A stretch of 64,000 nucleotides of DNA from Okamejei kenojei. Lineage: Eukaryota. The notes below the pieces were generated by a model. That model searched no databases, was not told where the DNA came from, and saw nothing but the letters and a program-made list of their open reading frames with translations. The stretch covers positions 17,980,001 to 18,044,000 of the forward strand of contig CM069157.1 in assembly GCA_035221665.1 (NCBI GenBank). The letters are read 5' to 3'. The translations under genes were made by a program, and so were the position numbers. This document shows positions 39,201-52,439 of this stretch, one piece after another. Each line of letters opens with the position of its first letter. The first letter of the stretch is position 1.

Positions 39201-40882
39201 CTAAAAAAGAACACAAATACCAATGATAAGTTTATTCCAAGAAGCGTTTCATGCAAATATTATACAGACTGGCTCATTCTTCTGATGTTACCATTACAAG
39301 ATGGTTTGCACTTACTATCAATGCAAAGCAAAATGATTTAAACATTTGCAACTCAGACAGCACAGCGGTGCAGCTGGGAGTGCTACTGCCGCATAGCATC
39401 AGAGATCCACACCGCTGTTGCTGTCTGTATGGAGTTTGCACGTTCCCCGTCTCCGCCCACATCCTAATGACTTGCGGGTTTGTAGGTTAACTAGGCTCTG
39501 CAAATTGCCCCTTGTGTGGGGAGTGGATGTGAAAGAGGGATAGCGTAGAACCAGTGTGGGCTGAAGGGCCTGTTTTCATGCTGTATTTCTAACTTAAACT
39601 CTACAGTGTTTCATTAAGACAACTTTAAAATCAGAGTTAAAAATGCTTTAATTCAAATGCCTAATGTAAATTATAAAGGAAGGTGGAAACTCCAAACTAA
39701 CATTTAGACCGGAACATCTCACAATGAGTTTACCAGATACATTTACGATCAAAACTGCAGTCATTCAACTGTGGCCAATTTCTTCTCACATCAGTCCGAA
39801 CTTGACGTTATCTAAACATAAAAAATATCCTGACCCTCCTTCATCTAATAATTTTAAATATTGTATTTTCCGAGGATGTTTTTCTCCATGTTTAAATTAA
39901 CAACCTCCTTCTTCCTCTTTGATTCTATGAAAGGTTTGGAGGAATACGGGCCAGACGTGTGCAGGTGGGACTAGTGCAGATGGGGTATCTTGGTTGGCAC
40001 GGGCAAGTTTGTTTGCATGCTGTCCAATTCTGACTCTAACATGGGAAGCAAGAATGTTTATGTTATTTGCCTGGCAGTAAATGATCTACAAATTATCAAC
40101 ATTGTGTAGAGCTCAGTCCACTCTGTTAATGCAAATACTTTAAAACAATATATCCACTGATTTCAAAAGTTAAAATATTTATCGGAGGAAGATGTAGAGC
40201 ACAGGATGTACATGCCAATATTACTGAATATATTTCAATGTGCAAGACAACATACAAGGATAGCAGTTGAGTTTAAAATGAGATACAGAAAGAGGCCTTA
40301 GATGCTTGGTGTTGAAATAATGACTAATGATGGTACTTACCTGTCGACTTTCAGTTCCTTACAATTACTGAGTGGTGCAGGCCAGACCATTGAGGGGGAA
40401 GACCACAAACAACTGATACTACAATGGCATTCAGCACAAAAATTGAATTTCTATACTCTTTCTCAAGAGTTAAGAAAATCAATGACATATATTGTACTTG
40501 TGGGAGTCATAAATTAATTTTAAAAGATTTAAGGAAGCAAAAGGAAGCTACCAATATTTAATGGATTTTTTTGAAAATCACTAGTGTTATAAGTTCCATT
40601 TGAATCAATGGCTTTAAAACATGCGTTCTCTTATTATGAGAACTGAATCCATATTTGGCAAACCCTAGTATCTATTAGTTATTTAAGAATGAGGGAATAT
40701 TGTGTAAGCATGACCTTAGCTTTTAATTCTTTATAACAATTGTCAGTGTGCAGTTAAATGACCAATGTATTTCATGTAACTACCAGAAGTCATTTATTTT
40801 CACTTAACTTCTCTTGTTCTTGATCAAGATTCCAAGGCTAAATTTCCCTACAATTGTATAAAGGACCTTTAACTCAAATTGG

Positions 40883-41100
40883 AGAAACAAGGAATTGTAG
40901 ATACTGGTTTACAAAAAAACATAGTGATGGAGTCACTCAGCTGGCCCAACCGCATCTCCGGAGAACATGGATAGGTGACATTTTGGATCAGGACCCATCT
41001 TCATGTCCAAAGAAGGGACCTGACCCAAAATGTCACCTGTCCATGTTCTCAAGTGAAACTGTCTGACCCCTTGAGTTACTCAAGCACTTTGTGTCTTTTT
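40883..41100. mobile_element. Palindromic Penelope pLTR-derived short element
   Basis: gaaacaaggaattgtagatactggttt...gagaacatggataggtgacattttgg / ccaaaatgtcacctgtccatgttctc inverted arms. Confidence 0.7.
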
Positions 41101-41249
41101 TAGCTCAAATTGTTCTCTCCATGCTTAGCTTACACCAAAGTAATAGTCCAGATTTCATATTACACACACTTACTAACTGCTTCTTAAAATGTTAAGTGCA
41201 AAGTTTTCTATAAACTGAAACATTCATATTGGCACTGCATTGGCTTTAC

Positions 41250-41379
41250 CTATTCGTTCCAGCATTTCCGTCCATTTCTTGGCTTCTGGTGAGTCTGGAT
41301 TTTTCTTCAGTAAGCCTTTCAATGTCTCTTTAAGTTTATTAATCTTATCAGAATTCTGTTCAAGCTCAGCCAGATGTAC
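41250..41379 (-). CDS. MACF1: MACF1 rod exon (phase 0-1)
   Basis: tag|GTA...ATAG|gtaaag; 130 nt; VHLAELEQNSDKINKLKETLKGLLKKNPDSPEAKKWTEMLERI; not in ORF track. Confidence 0.92.
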
Positions 41380-41753
41380 CTAAACCAAAGAGAATTTCGG
41401 TGATTTACAACAACTTTGCAAACGTGCTTTGATTAAAGGCAGCAGTGGGGTTGTTATTTGCAACATTCACCCTTTGAGTTTTGTAAAAGTACAATTCATT
41501 GCACTTTTCAATGTGTGTTTTCTATTTGAGAATCAAGTATACCTGTTTTACTTCAAAATGCAATTCTTCTTTTATGTATGAACTACACATTAACTTGGAA
41601 TACAAGTGAGATTTTTGTAAAGCTTATATGATTAAAGAAATTAAGCATAGTATTTCTCCCCAATACTTTAATCATGGACAATATTTGAAAGATGAAAATA
41701 ACTACAAGTTATGTTTCAATTAAAAGGCAATTATTTATTTTTAGTGATAATTA

Positions 41754-42273
41754 AGGGCCTGTCGCACTGCGGAGACCTAATTCGTGAGTTTAGAAGAGTT
41801 TGCCCTCGACTCAAACTCGCAGCATGGTCAACACGATGTCCGAGGAGGTCTTTGTAACTCTCCTTCATGCTCGAGAGTAGTCCCCGCGTACTCGAGGCCT
41901 CAGTTAGGTCGCGGCGTTTTTATTAGCAAGCTGAAAAATGCCCGCGAGTAAAAAAAGGTCGCCATGGGAAAAAAAATCTCTATTTTTTAACTCGTAGGTT
42001 TAGTCGAGGTAGGTGGTAGTAGGTCGTAATGCTATCGTAGGTAATCAAAGGTAGTCGAAGGTAATAGCTCGTTGAAAAAAAAAGCTAAGTAAACCGTCCG
42101 GTAATGTTAAATGCCCGCTAAACATTATTAAAAGTTGTCTGGCTTCTTAACAGTGTCTCCACTCCTCCCCCCCCCCCCACCATCTCCATAAGGACTTACC
42201 GTAACGGTGCCAGCCATCTTTTACGTTCCTGTGTGAATTTCAGACAGCGCTCCCCCGCTTTCCCTCACCCCCG

Positions 42274-42275
<2 letters not shown>
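41754..42275 (+). mobile_element. Harbinger-like non-autonomous element, one end only
   Basis: TTA|AGGGCCTGTCGCACT, the same TIR family as 10920; ends in a (GT)n run with no right TIR seen. Confidence 0.6.

Positions 42276-42333
<58 letters not shown>
42276..42333. repeat. (GT)29 microsatellite
   Basis: Perfect dinucleotide run. Confidence 0.98.
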
Positions 42334-42337
<4 letters not shown>

Positions 42338-42606
42338 CTTATTCTCCCATCTTTTAAAATAAAATGATACACTCATGTAGTTTTGTTCAACTCAGAATGA
42401 CAAAGGACTAAAGTTCAAAAAATGGCATCGAATTTAGTCATCACGATTTATCCCTCACGTTCCCTGCCAACAAACTACTGGAAAAATATTCAAGTTACTC
42501 TCATATGGAAGATCAGTAGCTCTAGAAGCACCAACAATGTGTTAATTTAAATTATGCCATTATTATCTCTGGGATGTACTTTATCGTATTTATTTTAAAA
42601 AGTCAC

Positions 42607-42842
42607 CTTGTTTTGCTCCACTTGTGCTTTCATAGCTTGAGTTTTGATTGATGATGAGCTTAAAGAGGTTAAAGTCTGTTCTTTTGATTCCAGCCAGTTC
42701 ATGATAGAAGCAGTCTCTTCCTCTACCTCTTGCATTTGGTTAAGTGTGGCACTGAGATGGTCCTGACATTCCTTCAGCGTATTACCAAGGGTTTTATAAT
42801 TATGGTTCACATCAGACACATTCTGCTGGATTTCTGCAAGTT
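42607..42842 (-). CDS. MACF1: MACF1 rod exon (phase 1-0)
   Basis: tag|AACTT...AAG|gtgact; 236 nt; LAEIQQNVSDVNHNYKTLG...MKAQVEQNK. Confidence 0.93.
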
Positions 42843-43279
42843 CTACAAAAAGTTAAACGAGTCAGTGAGCAAGTGTGATTTTAAAGTGTCCAGGGTCAAA
42901 ATTACAGCCTTCGTTGCAGATCTCAAAGTAAGTCACCCCCAAAAAGAGTCCAATGATATATGTGATGTGAATGTTGCCATTCTCAGTGGCACCTACTGCT
43001 GGACTTCACTTCTGGGGCATGATGCCATTCAACAATGATGTATCCTCAGTACGACCAGCCGATCATATTGAAAACCTCTCACAACAAATCAAACTTTAAT
43101 TTTTAATTAAAAACGTAAACATGATTGAGGCGGAAATTGAAATGGGCAAGTACTAATAAAGTTATGTTATATCGCATTTTGAAAATTTTATCAATATGGA
43201 CAAAGAGGTTAAGCCATAATGATGACATGATTTCCTTAACTTTTGGCCGTAATATCTACAAAGCAAAACATTTCCTGAG

Positions 43280-43470
43280 TAGGAAGTAACCACAATGCTG
43301 GTTTAAACCAGAAATAGACACAAAAAGCTGGAGTAACTCAGTGTGTCAGGCGGCATCGCTGGAGGAAAAGGTTTGGTAACATTTCGGGTTGGGTCTAAAG
43401 AAGGGTCTCAACCCGAAACGTCACCTATTAATTTTCTCCAGAGATGCTGTGTCATTCCAGGTTTTTGTCT
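43280..43470. mobile_element. Palindromic Penelope pLTR-derived short element
   Basis: Inverted arms; ggu-CUAAAGA-A-GGGUCUCAACCC-GAAAC-GUC-accu at 43392-43426. Confidence 0.7.
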
Positions 43471-44829
43471 CTAAAACATTTTCTGATATGTTACCTAAGC
43501 TTATATTGGAGAAAATTATAAAACAGCCACCCTAAGGAGAAGCAAGGAAAGACCTAAAGTGTCTTTTTATAATTACTCATGTGCATGCTCCAGGAATTGC
43601 TTCAGATGGATGATTTTGGGGCTGGAGGAAGCGGGATAGTGGTATTCCCCAGGGATCAGTCTTAGACACAGTGTTTTCTTATAAAATAAATCTTATACTA
43701 ATGGCCTAGAAATAGAGTTGTGATCTACAATTTTTTAATTTGTATATAAATTGATGAGGAATGTTGACAGTATGGGTACAAGGCTGTTCCTGCTAGTGGA
43801 GCGATCAAGAATTAGAGGTCATAAGTAATAAAGGAGGAGAAATGAATTAAGAATGATGAGATAAAGTGTGTTTTTTTATTCACAACGTGTAGTTGGAATC
43901 TTGAATTCACAGCGTGAGGTGGAGATAGATTAACTGTGACCTTATTATATCTTACTACAGATTCTGAACATGACTTTAGATCATGGATAGAATACTTCAG
44001 ACTGGGTCAATATGTGCAAATGTTCTTCTTACACCTGCTTGGGAACAATATACTTATAATTCACTGACACCATTGTATTTAGGTGGGTAGGGTTCTACTT
44101 GATGGCACAGAGGCAACACTGCCTCATAGTTCCAGCGATCAAAATTCTTCAGTACTGTATGAGTTTGTATATTTCACGTTGTCATTGCAATGCATGGATA
44201 TATTGGATAGAAGGTTAATTGGCTAATGCAAATTACTACTAACATCGCGGGGCACAGGAGCTACTGCGACTTGCTGAGCATGTGAAAGAGAATAGGTTAA
44301 AGGGAGCTAAGTGGGAGAATGGGTCCAATGGGAATGTTTGTCACTGATTCGATGGGCCAACTATTCCATAAAGAATTAACAAAGTATGTAGCTCCATATT
44401 TTTCAATTTTCCAATATACATATAAATTTCAACCCGATTCTTGGCACAATGACCGCATGTGTTAAGAATTGCTGCCTTACAGCGCCAGAGAACCGGGTTT
44501 GATCCTGACAATGGGTGCTGTCTGTACGGAGTTTGTACATTTTCCCTGTGACCGCATGGGTTTTCTCCGGGTGCTCCGGATTCCTCCTACACTCCAAAGA
44601 CCTACAGATTTGTAGGTTAACTGGCTTCTGTAAATTGTCCCTAATGTGAAGATAGTGCTGCAGTACGGGGTGATCTCTGGTCGGTGCGGACTTGGTGGAC
44701 CGAAGGGCCTGTTTCCAGGTTGTATCTCTAAACATTAAAAAGTCCAAAGTCAATTTATTTTTCGATGTGGTAATTTAATTCCTGATGTAAATCCAACATA
44801 AACACACCTCATATTTCTAACATTCTCAC

Positions 44830-44892
44830 CTTTGCTCCTGTGGTACCCATTCATACTAGGCGCAGTCACTCCACCATTCATCATCACAGAAC
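44830..44892 (-). CDS. MACF1: MACF1 63-nt small exon (phase 1-1)
   Basis: tag|GTTCT...AAAG|gtgaga; (G)SVMMNGGVTAPSMNGYHRSK(E); resembles the NG.HTCK linker of MACF1; not in ORF track. Confidence 0.85.
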
Positions 44893-45554
44893 CTATGTGA
44901 ACAACAGGGAGACAGAACAATGCACGGGACAGCCAATATTAGGAACAAACGCTTAACAGAGACACAGGTTCCCTTAGTGGAACAAAGCAAGACACAAACA
45001 AGCACATCGATTTACACATGAAGCATTTTGTTATAACGTTAAAAAAAGCTTTGTATTGTTTTGCAGCAGTGCATAAAATATTAGATGTACACCTGGATAG
45101 TTTCACTTCAATTTATCATTATCTATTTTCTATACACGGATGGGTGTATAAAATTGTCCAGCATCTTTAATCCGTTTTTCTGAAGCTCTGCAACAGTGGA
45201 AGGTATCAGTTTTGAGAGCGATATGAGAGATTTGAGAGATTTGCTTCTGTTGCAGCTGGCCATAAAGTCACATAAAACCCCAGAGATTCTGTGTATTCTA
45301 GAATGACGTGTTAAGTGGAAAAATAAAATTATATTTGTGGAAGTGCCACAGCTTTGATGAGATCTCAATCCATGCCCTATCTGCTCTCTTGAATGCAGAG
45401 AAGATTCCATAGTACTATCTGAAGAGTTACAAGGGGGCTCTCCTGCATCCAGGAACATATTTGTCCTACAATCAACATCACTTGGTCTTTTTTTTGTATT
45501 ATTATTCGAGGATTCTTAAATTAAGCGAACTAGCTGCCATGTTTCATTACTTTA

Positions 45555-45645
45555 TGTCAGTGACTCCACTTCACTAACATTAGCTGGGAAGCATTTGGGA
45601 AATCTCAAGGTTGGGAAAAGTGCAAGATGAGAGTAAACTTTTTTT
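45555..45645 (+). mobile_element. Old DeuSINE/L2-type tail remnant
   Basis: cagtgactccacttca...gaagcatttggga...aaaagtgc resembles the AmnSINE1/SacSINE1 3' tail (recalled). Confidence 0.4.
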
Positions 45646-47045
45646 CCCTCATTCCATTTATAATCATGAATATTTCATCTGAATTCTATCACACTGGATT
45701 TATTGTCTTCCCCTTGCTGTGAGAAAGTTCCATTGACTGAATAACGCGTCCCACTTTAGCTCGTGCTAAGCAATTGTCTCGTGTAACCAATCATATTTGG
45801 GGTGATGGGGGGGGGGGGGGGGCAGGGGAGGGTCATTGAAACTATATCCTCTACTGCGTGCTATAAAAGTGCAATTTAGGACCATGTGTGTATTGTACCC
45901 TGCTTTGAGTGAAGTTCATGGATCAGCATACTAAGGTCACTGCACCATAGATAATTTCATATCAAATGTATTGTATGTATCATTGTATCAAATGTATCCA
46001 TGGTGCAAAAGCAAAATCTGATGGAGGAAGTTTTTTAAAAATTACTCCCAAGTCCAGTATCTGCGGTTTCTTGCGTCTCAAATTTATCTATAGACAAAAT
46101 TATTCTGTGGCATGTAAATTTCACTTTAAACAACTCAATTAATTGCAGCATTCAAGTTAAGAAAAGTGAAACAACTTACTAGTCATATATAGAGAGAATT
46201 AAGAATAAGCTACATACTTACATAGTGCTGACAAATAAGATACATAAAGCTAATCAATTATAGGGTTAAACAAGTAAACTGCTGCTTTTCTAATATAGAA
46301 TATAAACTAGAGATGGAGAATATTAAACTAATTTACGTTTATACAGCAAGCACGCTGATGAAATATGATTACACCAATTAGAAATTGTAATTTGTAAGTA
46401 ATCAAGCCACAGTTACATAAATAATAATAAAAAGACAAAAAAAAAGGGGAACATTGCAGGAAACAATCAGAAAAACAAGCTAATAGTTCCAGTGTATGTT
46501 TCATTTGTTGTGTTACAAAATGATCCAGTAATGATCAATCCAGTAAGGGCATAATGGATAGAAACTTTCATAGGCATGGCTGAGCCCCAGGTAGGGCCAC
46601 ACAGTGGTGCAGCTGGTAGAGCTATTGCCCAGAGCTCCATTGATCAGGCTTGTTTCTGACCCCGGGCGCATTTTACGTGGCGTTTTCAAGTTGTCCTGTG
46701 ACCATGAGAGTATCCTCTGCATGTTTTGGTTGATAGATTATTTATAGTTTACTCTTAATGATTAGGTAAGTGGCAGAACCTGGGAAGAGTTGATGGCAAT
46801 GTGGGAGAAGAAACGGGGATTAGTGTATGAGTGCGTGAATGATGGCCAGCATGGACTTTAAATCATTCATTGTCATTCTTACTTGTTCTAAGTTGGCTTT
46901 GAGAGAGATTTCGATCAGGTATCTTGTGCACACTCTTATAATAGTGTATGGAGCATTATAGAAGAAGACAAAGTTAGTTAAAAAGCTAAATAAAAAGTTC
47001 CAAAACGATTAGGTTAACTGCACTTTTCCTGATCCAAGATGTTAC

Positions 47046-47172
47046 CTGTTTTACTGGTGTTCAACGCAGTGTCTGGAGATGTTATTTCCATGATGAGACT
47101 TTCTAACTCAGTTCCTTTGTGGTTTATTTCTTGAATGTGTGGAGATTTTGCTGACCAATCTTCCAAAAGAAC
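47046..47172 (-). CDS. MACF1: MACF1 rod exon (phase 0-1)
   Basis: cag|GTT...ACAG|gtaaca; 127 nt; VLLEDWSAKSPHIQEINHKGTELESLIMEITSPDTALNTSKT. Confidence 0.92.
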
Positions 47173-47495
47173 CTGTTAATTAAAATAAGCCTTATCATTA
47201 CCGTTTTATTAAAAACCTTTGTCAATTGAGGCTTGTTTTTTGTGCTTCTTTTCTCAGACTTTATGAACAATTGCTTCACACGATGGGACCATTCTCCCTC
47301 CCGTCCTCCTCAAAAGAATAACATGAAATGTTTGCACAGAGGAGGAGCAAACCTGCTTGACCAAAATGTGGACAGCATGTGTACAAACCGTTTCATCTTC
47401 ACAGTCATCCTGCACATGAATTGAAAAAAATATATATATCCTGATATTCCTTAAAATAGCAAATACCGTATGCTTTTCATTTTATGTAGACTTAC

Positions 47496-47652
47496 CACCA
47501 CTTCTTGGATCTGTTCCTTAATTGTGTCTGTATCAAGTGCTGATTCAAAACACGGAATGCGTGTCTCTGTTTCCTTTAACCATTTTCTAATCGACTCAAC
47601 CAGGGAAGTGAAGTCGCTCAGAGACTGTTGGCAGGATGTTGCCTCTTCCTCC
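47496..47652 (-). CDS. MACF1: MACF1 rod exon (phase 2-0)
   Basis: cag|GGAG...GTG|gtaagt; 157 nt; EEEATSCQQSLSDFTSLVESIRKWLKETE... Confidence 0.92.
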
Positions 47653-49797
47653 CTGAAAAATTGAGGCTCAATCAGTGGCCTATTTCTTTCCATTATTAGA
47701 AAATGCTTCTGATGGTGGAAATGCTGGGCTACTTGAACTAATTTAGAATACATATCTGGTTTCCTGATATAATTACAAAGGTTTCTTTTTCCCGATTGTA
47801 CTTGGTGATTCCCTGCCATCATTCCCAATTCCTCATTGTAGTGGTGACCACCAGAGAATGAGTATTCATCACTCCACAGAAGGAATAATTTCAAAGAGGC
47901 CATCTTCTATTAAATCCAAGCAGGCTCCTATATACAAAGGCCTCAATATCCGTTGTGGAAATGCAAGCATTCACCCCCATAACTCTAAAGAATGGGGAGG
48001 TCCTAAACTTCCTAATTTCCTAATGACACTATGATGTTGAACTCGACTTGGGCTCCAAGACGAAATACCAATTTGCTGCAATTTCCCAGCAGTTAATTTT
48101 TCCCTAGAAAATCTGCCCACTATTCAGTGACTCCAATCATTGAAGTGGAGAGGACTGGCCGAGAGAATGCAAGACAAGTTTTATGATTGTAAATTAAAAA
48201 AAAAAAAAATCATTGCTTATTTTAAAACATTTAATAGTTAATCACTACAAAAACATAATAGTTTTGAATGTTGGTTATTGTCACAGATTTTCAGAAACAT
48301 TCAAGGCACGTGTTTTGATAATTGGTGAAGGTTGGGTCCTCAGGGCAGAATTTGCCACTTACAACATTGGAGCTCTGCACTGCACTGGGGTGTCTCAAAC
48401 CCAGAGTAACGGTCGGCGCGGACCTGGTGGGCCGAACGGCCTGTTTCCGTGCTGTATCTCTAAGCTAAGTATCAGTTACATTCAGGAAGTTGTCAGAAGA
48501 CACATTACAGCTAAGTGAACCTACAAGACTTAAAACAGCCAGAGTGGTAGCTGACCACTGCCTGGAAATTCAGACATATTGATCACCATCTTACTTCTGC
48601 AGCCAATTTTAACTTCCTTTAAAAATATATCCACAGAAAATAACTCATGGCAAATCAGACGTTGTTGAAAACCATTTGTTTTCATACCACATCAACAGTT
48701 TTCTATCTTTCAGAAAATAAAGCCAGTTTGAGCCTGTTATTTACACTTTTTATTAAAAACTGCTGAGACGGATGGTAAACATGTTGCATGTTCTAAGGGG
48801 CAAGTAATCATGTGCATTCAAAAAGTGTAAACCTGCTCATTTCAAACAAATCCACTGTTACTCAGAAATGAAGAGTCAGTTTTAAGTTTCATTAAATTCT
48901 AGGAAAGGATAACTTTAAGCCACAAATTAATGTTGCTAAACAAATTAACAAGTCGTGTTTAGATTTCATGGTATGCATAATTACAAAGAATCTGATGAGT
49001 GAAAACATTTCATTAACCCTGGCAAAACTAAAAATCAAATGTGCTGCAAATAAAGAATATTGACAGATATGGAACAAAGTGTTAACGATTCTCATTGCAC
49101 CCAATTACAAAAGGAATCCAAAAAATGTAACAAAATAATCGCAGTAAAATTGTGATAAGAATCCTTCCTTTTTCTTTTCAAAAACCTAGTGTTCAAAAGG
49201 TTTTCTGGAAAGAATCAAATTCTTTGAGATATTATTGCCTTCCACTGAAGTTTGGATGGTCTACAATTTAAAATTGCGAGGCATGCTCCAACCACACATT
49301 CTGGCCACCACAAAGACCACCCTCTTGAGCTTTGTTACATCAACCGCCATTACAATCCCAATCCCATCTTTGCCACCTGCAGACATCACGCTGTAAATGC
49401 TTCTCAGGCTGACAATGTATTGTTTGTCCAAGGGACAACTTATTCAATCATAGGGAGAGAGCGCACAGGAGTGAGAGCGAACACGAGTGAAAATGTATGC
49501 GCTACTGGAGGCCTGCAAATGAAGATGATTGAATGGAAATGGATTCATCTAAAAAATAACAAACAGGAAAGAAGGAAAACAGAGGGAGAAAAATAGAAAA
49601 ATAAATTCACACGGATTCAAGCTGCTCAACTCATTCATGCTGATTTTGACCTTTCAGTCAGCATATTTATTCAAAGCGTGATAATGCATTGCTGAATGGG
49701 CTTCGAGCCCCTTAAAGTCAAATATGCGAAGAAATAATAATAATAATAGCTAATAAATGGTTTAGGAAAGTCAATTTGAAGAATCATCATCTCTTAC

Positions 49798-49964
49798 CTC
49801 TTCTTAATATTCAGTTCTAGTTTTTTGTACCCTCTGGTTAGGTCTTTGACAGTCTCCGTGAGCTGATTCTTTTCCGTCAAGATGTCAAATGTGGTCAGTT
49901 CTTCAGCGAGCTGCTGCAGAGCCTGTAGGTCTTCCCTTTGCTTCACCATTTCTGTGCTTGCCTC
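49798..49964 (-). CDS. MACF1: MACF1 rod exon (phase 0-2)
   Basis: cag|GAG...AAGAG|gtaaga; 167 nt; EASTEMVKQREDLQALQQLAEELTTF...LELNIKK. Confidence 0.92.
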
Positions 49965-50599
49965 CTGTGGTAAGGAAACACATGGTCACGTGCCATTAAA
50001 ATCGGTAGCCTAGCTGCTCGTCTATGTTTAAATGTTGCCACTGTTGATCTTCTAATGAAAGTGATATAAAACAGTTGAGAGGGATTGTTCTCCGATCTCA
50101 GCACTCAACTGAAATTAAAATCCATGATTTGTAATAAAGAGTCAAGAGTACAACAGATGATCAAATTAACATGTTTATCAAAGACAGATGCCGCCTGAAG
50201 GCAGTATTACAATAATATATTTAATTGTACAAGATATTCCAAAGACGAGCAGGTTTGCAGGTTAAGAACATGGTGTATAGAACACAGTGTAGAGAACATG
50301 GAACATGCGTGATCAATGGTTGGCGTGAACTTGGTGGACCGATGGACCTGGTTCTACGCTGTATCTGCAAACTTAACTAAATGAAGAATGTTTAAAATCC
50401 ATTTAAAAGCGATATTTATTTTTCAGATGAGGATGAGATTTCATTTCAGAGCAGTTTGTACACCTCTGCTTCCCTTCAAGATGGTCGCTGTGGACCATAT
50501 TCTCCAACCACTCACATGCAGTGAAGAAATTTGGTTTGAGAATGGGTTTTGGTTAGTAAGGGAGCGGATGGTACCAAAAACGGTGAGGAAGGATGTCTA

Positions 50600-50940
50600 A
50601 GTTTGCAAAAAAAAATCCTGGATCAAGTGAGGAAGTGGCCCGTGGTTGAATTTAAATCTGACAAATTTGAGGTGATGCATTTTGGCAAGTGAAACCAGGC
50701 AGGACTGCACAGTAAATGGTAGGTTCGTGGAAAGTATTGTCGAGTCAAGGTAACTCGTAGTACAGAAACATAGTTCTCTGAAAGTGTTGACGCACATAGA
50801 TGGGGTGGTGAAGAAGGCATGTGGCATGCTTGTCTTCATTGATAAGGGCATTGGGTACACGTGGGGACATTATGCAATAGCTGTAGACAAGGTTGATTCT
50901 ATCACATGTGGGATAGAGCTGGCAGTTCTATTTGCCCTAC
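50600..50940 (+). mobile_element. Decayed CR1 fragment
   Basis: gaatttaaatctgacaaatttgaggtgatgcattttgg resembles the CR1 FN..KCEV.HFG region. Confidence 0.65.
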
Positions 50941-51315
50941 TGTAGTTTAGAATCTGCTCTCAAGAGCTTGGTGAGAGGAATCTGAGCAGTGGCACATCCT
51001 TGGGAAATGGTTAAGTCCTTGCTTATTTAGATAGCACTAGTGTGGCACACATGTAGGCTAGGCAGAAGAACCATCACAAAGAAAATTAAGGATGAGCTCC
51101 AAGTGTCCACAAATCAAAAGCATAATGAAAGTTTTATAGACATTGGACATGGATCACTTCATTATCTAAGTTATGAAGAGAGCTGGACATAGCTAGTTGT
51201 TTAATAAATCAAATATATTAATATATATATATACACACACACAATAAAATATATATTTTTGGTGCCATTAATAGAAATGAAGATAGAAGTAGAATTTCAC
51301 AAATAATGTACTCAC

Positions 51316-51633
51316 CAGTATTTTCTGTGAAAATTGAGCAATATCTTCATTGGGATCTCCTCCAGCTGCCAGGCTCTGAGATTTGTTTTCGATGAACTGT
51401 CCAACATCCTGCACCAGTTTTTCAAACTGCTCTGTTTTAGGTAGCAGTTTCCTCAGCTTCTCCTCCTTCACCTGTTGCTCATTGCACACCGCTTGCACTT
51501 GGCTATTCAACTGCTCAAGCTTCTCTTGCAGCGAGGAAGCAGTTGCTCTATCTGTGTTTTCGATAAAACCATGAACCATTTCCTGGATTGTGTTAATGCT
51601 GCTTTGATGACTGGCAATATCCTGCTTTAATTT
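51316..51633 (-). CDS. MACF1: MACF1 rod exon (phase 0-0)
   Basis: cag|AAA...CTG|gtgagt; 318 nt; KLKQDIASHQSSINTIQEMV...AQFSQKIL. Confidence 0.94.
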
Positions 51634-52043
51634 CTGAAAAGTTTTAGAAAACAAAGAGTTATTTGAAATAGTGTACGTCTTTGGACTTCAGCACAAACTT
51701 CATACATTGTAATGTTACTGCTATTCATGGCCATTGCTTGCTCCAGTATGCTCTTGATTGAGATATTTATTTGTCCTGTGATATATGAGAAAGAGAGAGG
51801 GAATGAGCAAGGAAACAAGGAAGGGAAGGAGAGAGAGAGGGATGGAGGGAAAACACTCGCAATCAGTGGGTATTCTGACTGTAAAGCACATATTGGCAAG
51901 GATGCGGCAAGGAATCTACTTAGACAGAGTCTGTCACAAAATCATAATGAAACTATGACACCAGGTATGATATGGCTATCATAACTTCTCAATTATACCA
52001 TATTTAACTGCTGCAAAAAGCAAATGACTAGGAGAAAACTCAC

Positions 52044-52252
52044 AGCATTTTGGGCCAGGGAATCCTGGATGGCAGCAGATGACAACGGCAAATTGTCCTG
52101 ATTTTTCAAACTCTTTTCAACACCTTCCAGCCAGTTCAGTAAATTATCCAGACCTTCTTGAACACTCTGAGACTGAGCGATTGATACCTGCATCTTCTCA
52201 TTGTGTTCTGAAACTACTGTAGACAATTTCTTGACCCTCTGCGTAATGGAAT
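52044..52252 (-). CDS. MACF1: MACF1 rod exon (phase 1-0)
   Basis: tag|ATTCC...GCT|gtgagt; 209 nt; ...SQSVQEGLDNLLNWLEGVEKSL... Confidence 0.94.
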
Positions 52253-52439
52253 CTAAAAGGAAAACAAGACTATGTTATTCAGATATTCAGAATGTGTTTT
52301 TAATGATTGTATCATGTGAAGTTTCAGTTTTACTAAATACAAATATTTATTTTGGAGAATGAAACTCTAAAAGTCAGTAATGCAAGTGAAAAGTGAACTT
52401 TGCTTTAAAGTAAATGGTTAAAGGAAAGAAAAGGCACAG

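Noticed and set aside
40335-40430. Perfect CAG|GTAAGT donor on the minus strand
   Set aside because: The required phase-1 frame has a TGA just upstream and no strong acceptor is visible, so it is not a supportable coding exon.
45123-45458. 111-aa minus-strand ORF as an extra MACF1 exon
   Set aside because: No spectrin-like character; the nearest acceptor read in phase 1 hits a stop.
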